DNA from: the human T2T-CHM13v2.0 reference genome, Homo sapiens
Strand: one strand, 5' to 3'
DNA: 64,000 nt
Assembly: GCF_009914755.1 (NCBI RefSeq)
Contig: NC_060927.1
The notes below the pieces were generated by a model, which saw only the letters and a list, made by a program, of their open reading frames with translations, ran no database searches and had not been told where the DNA came from. Position 1 is the first letter of the stretch. Every line of letters begins with the position of its first letter. The translations under genes and the position numbers were made by a program. This document shows, one piece after another, positions 58,605-64,000 of this stretch.

Positions 58605-58922
58605 GAGCCCCCTTTCATCCACAAGGATATGCTCCAGGGAGCCCCGGTGGATGCCTCAAACCACAAATAGTACTGAACCGTATAAATGCTATGTTTTTTT
58701 CCCCTATATATACATACCTATGATAAAGTTTAATTTATAAATTAGGCACAGTAAGAGATTAACAATAATGAAATCAAGCAATTATAACAATATGCTGTAA
58801 TGAACATTATTTGACTGTGGTCTGTCTCTTGCAAAATATAGTATGTAATATTTTTGGACCCTGGTTGATCATGGGTAACTGAAACTGCAGAAAGTGAAAC
58901 CATGGAGAAGCGAGAACTGCTG
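58605..58922 (+). mobile_element. MER44-like TcMar-Tigger MITE
   Basis: CCTATGATAAAGTTTAATTTATAAATTAGGCACAGTAAGAGATTAACAATAAT; GGGTAACTGAAAC..AAAGTGAAACCATGGA. Confidence 0.7.
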
Positions 58923-59002
58923 TACACAAAAGCGCGGTCTCCTGCCCACTGAGTAGCCGGCCCTATCAGATTTTCTATGGGCAAATACGACAACAGGCTT
59001 AA

Positions 59003-59194
<192 letters not shown>

Positions 59195-60287
59195 TAGAGA
59201 TAGGGTTTTGCCATGTTGGCCAGGCTGGTCTTGAACTCCAGGTCTCAGGTGATCCATCCGCCTTGGCTTCCCAAAGTGTTGGGATTACAGGCGTGAGCCA
59301 CTGTGCCCAGCCCAGGCTTAACATTCAATTCACCCAGGTCCATCACACCAGCTGAAGGAGCCTCAGACCACTAAACAATGGGTTCCAGATAGAAAATGAA
59401 TATTTGCATACACTCGTAGGTGGTACACAGTAAGGCAGACCAGACCAACCTCAACAGGGAGCTCAATCAGGAATGGAAAAATATCTCCCCTCATTAGAGA
59501 AGCCAGATGGTCCTGGGTCTGACCCACAGACAGAAATGAAAGCAAAGTTATGCATCCACTTAATCAAAAGGATTCAGTTAAGTGATTGGATAGAAAAGTG
59601 TCTGAACATGAGGGCAATTATTTTTAACAATCAGAACCCCTGGAGTCCTGATCTTGCCAAAGGTACATTTTCATCTTTGGTTCTTCATATTTTATTTTTA
59701 GCAATAGTCAACATTGACCACTGCTAAATGAAGCCAAGAATATCTCCCAAAGTGTGAGACGACACAGCAATTCACCCTCGGTATAGTAGAAAACACTGCA
59801 GTAAACCATGCTGCCCTGTCATCTGTGCTGGGTGCTTCATAGTAGCCTTGGTTTTCAGAGCAGGAGATTTTGGGACTCACATACCTTCTTCTATCAGGAA
59901 GCAAAAGGAAATCTTATTCTGAGGTATGCAGAAATACGGACTGATTTTGGCTTTTAGTTGTTAAGAGTCAGATTAGGTGAAAAAAGTTAAGAGGAAAAAG
60001 TAGAGCAAATGAAAAATACTAGAGAGAACGGCATAGATTGTGTGACTTTCTTTTTTCGTTTTTGAGATGAGGAAGGCAGATGAGACTTTGAAGATGCTGG
60101 GAAAAGAAATGTAACTAAAGGTCAAGATCCACAAAGAGGCACGTCTAACTGTTTTTTGGAGAGATGGAATATCAAGGTCGTGGTTAACAGTGGGGTCGTG
60201 ACACACGCTTCAGGAGGCAACGCAGTGAGTGTAATGAGTAGAGCCAGCCGGCCAGCCTGGGTTCAAATCCTAGCTCTTCCACTTTTA

Positions 60288-60842
<555 letters not shown>

Positions 60843-62797
60843 TCAAAAAAAAAAAAAAAAAAAAAAATTTAATGAGCAGATCAAAAGGAGAAGGCACCTG
60901 AAGAAGAAGAAATGAGAACACTGTTTCTTGCTAATGAATGGGCACCAGGCAGAAGTGCTCCGGGTAGACAAGGTACCCATCACTCACAGGGGACGAAGAC
61001 TCAAGAGACATACCAGAGTGACAGCTGGGGACAGCTCACTGTCAGCCTAGCCAGGCTCCAGACAGTCCTCAGGATGAAAAACACTCCAGCTGCGGGGGAT
61101 AGGACAGAGGCCAGGGCTGGGTTTCCTGGGTCCAGGAAGCACAGGGAGCTCTGGGAGAAGGTGGGGAAAGCTAGGGCCATGAGACAGAGGCCAGCAAAAG
61201 TGTTTTAAGGCCTGGATGAAAAGGGGCCTCTCTTCTTGGAGGCAATCATGAGGGCAAAACAATAGGGAGCTGCAGAAACACAGGCTGGAGAGCTCAAGCC
61301 CACACAGGCAGATAAAGGAGGGCCAGGATGCAGGTACTAGAATGACATTCTGGCTAATCTAAGGAAGGGGTGTGGTCCCAAATTATCTGGCCTATGATTT
61401 AGATTAGATTATATTTGTACACAGAACAACTCAACAATTTTTATCTTGTGACTTTCTGAGTTTTGTTGGTTTGATTTTGGTTTTACCTTGCTTTTCCTCT
61501 AAGAATTCCTTTCAAGTTTTAATTGTTTACAGGTATCTCAAGAAGAGGTACCCACCCTCAATACTGGCTAATGGTGGTGGAGGCGCGGTTTCCAGATTCA
61601 GAGTCTCTAGGAGGCAGCTGAGGAAACAGCTTATTTATCCTGCCTGTGCCTTGGGAAACTCATCATAGGCTTTCTATCTTCTAACTAAAGCAAAAGAATA
61701 CTGGCTGGGCGCGGTGGCTCACACCTGTAATCCCAGCACTTTGGGAGGCTGAGGTGGGCAGATCACCTGAGGTCAGGAGTTCGAGACCAGCCTGGCCAAC
61801 ATGGTGAAACCCCGTCTCTACTAAAAATACAAAAATTAGCTGGGCATGGTGGCCCATGCCTGTGGTCCCAGCGACTCAGGAGGCTGAGGCACGCAAATCA
61901 CTTGAACCCAGGAGGCAGAGGTTGCAGTGAGCTGAAACTCCAGCCTGGGCAACAGAGCGAGACTCTGTCTCAAAAACAAAAGAATACCAAGAGCTGAACA
62001 TTCTCTGGGATCCGTAACAAACCTGAGAGGATAAAAGGAAACCTTAGGGGATAAAAGACAAGTCCAGCATTTAATTCTTCCTCAGTGTCTACTACAGACT
62101 AAAAAGCCAAAATTAGAGCTGGCAAAAATTTAACTGAAATGATTTTCTCACTTTGCACAGCTGACTTCCTAAGCTGCACCTAAGCTCAGTAGCTACAAAC
62201 CCAGGACAGCAGTGTACCAACTACTGAGCTAGCCACAAAGCAGTCAACATTTCTTTCTCTGGAGACAAATGGTTCCAATTCTACTAAAGCTACAGGCGCA
62301 CGATGTTCTACCCACACCAGCTGCACGCGCCCATGGTCAATTCTTTTTCTTTTAACATTTTATATAATTTAAAAAAGCAGAGACGACGTCTCACGATGTT
62401 GCCCAGGGTGGTCTCGAACTCCTGAGCTCAAGTGATCCTTCCGTCTCGGCCTCCCAAAGTGCTGGGATTATAGGCATAAGCCACCGCACCTGGCCTCATG
62501 GTCAGTTGTTAACCACTAACTCTAGAAGCCCCCATTTCACAAACCCAAATGAAATGCTATAAAATTGTTAAATTAAAACTGAGGCTTCTTGGTGGCAGCA
62601 GTTTCAAAAGAAATCTCAAGTTTAACATGCTTTATTTCTTAATTCTCTTCCAAATGATGATTTAAAAAACTAGTTCTTATGGCCAAAGCCAAATATTGTA
62701 AGGCCAATTTTTTTTTTCAAGGTGTTCCTGTGGCATCTAAAAATAGGGAGATTTATGGGAAGAGCCAGGCTGGTCTCAAACTCCTGACCTCAGGTGA

Positions 62798-63139
<342 letters not shown>

Positions 63140-63202
63140 TGAGCTACCGCACTCGGCCTATTTTTAGGCTTTCATCTTCAATAAATTCTAATTTTCTTTT
63201 GA

Positions 63203-63430
<228 letters not shown>

Positions 63431-63666
63431 TAGCCCTCCCAAAGTGCTGGCATTACAGGCGTGAGCCACCACGCCTGACCAATAAATTCTAATTTTCTTC
63501 TGATATTGCTTGTCTGACCTTATTACCTCAATACCCAAAGAGAATGGTTTATTATCAACCACAGATACAGTGCATGCTGTCCAGATTCAATTACAGAAAC
63601 ACCAAAATGAACATACTCTAGGGTGTTGACACTACACAAACACAGGTGAGAATTCTGCTGATTTAC

Positions 63667-64000
63667 TGCTATGGACTACAGGTTTGTGTGCCCCTAGAAT
63701 TAAACTGTTGAAACACTGACCCCAATGTGATGGTGTTTGGAGGTGGGGCTGTAAGGAGGGGATTAGGTTTAGATGAGATCATGAGGGTGGGGCCTCAAGA
63801 AGAGGAGACACAAGAGCTCTCCTTTCCTCGGGCACACACCACAGGCATGCACCACAGGCACACACCGAGGAAAGGCCACATGAGGACAGAACAAGACAAC
63901 CATCTGCAAACCAGGAAGAGGGCCCTCAGCAGACACCCATCCCCGGCCTTCCCAGCCTCCAGAACTGAGAGAAATAAATTTCTGTTGTTTAAGCCACCCA
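63667..64000 (+). mobile_element. MaLR LTR (MLT1A-like), runs off the window
   Basis: TGCTATGGACT..CCCAATGTGATGGTGTTTGGAGGTGGGGC..CAGCCTCCAGAACTGAGAGAAATAAATTTCTGTTGTTTAAGCCACCCA. Confidence 0.8.

Overview
Alu-dense primate (almost certainly human) genomic DNA matching the PARL / CYP2AB1P / ABCC5 locus (3q27 from recall). All three genes are on the minus strand. From left to right: part of PARL intron 1, containing an Alu-riddled Tigger1; PARL coding exon 1 with its CpG-island promoter; a plus-strand RPSA processed pseudogene whose 5' UTR is split by an LTR13-family solo LTR carrying the miR-4448 sequence; a complete 9-exon cytochrome P450 family-2 pseudogene (CYP2AB1P) with at least six readable lesions and a MER11 solo LTR in intron 7; and the last four coding exons plus 3' UTR of ABCC5 (MRP5). 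Most entries in the supplied ORF track are Alu or microsatellite translations. I found no wholly new biological system. The best leads are a strong-Kozak overlapping uORF in PARL exon 1, a recursive-splice-like site in PARL intron 1, the tRNA-Pro identity of miR-4448, the LTR-in-retrocopy nesting upstream of a residual 219-aa ORF, and phase-compatible readthrough along the three-gene minus-strand array. Repeat subfamily names come from remembered consensus sequences and their boundaries are approximate unless target-site duplications (TSDs) are given.
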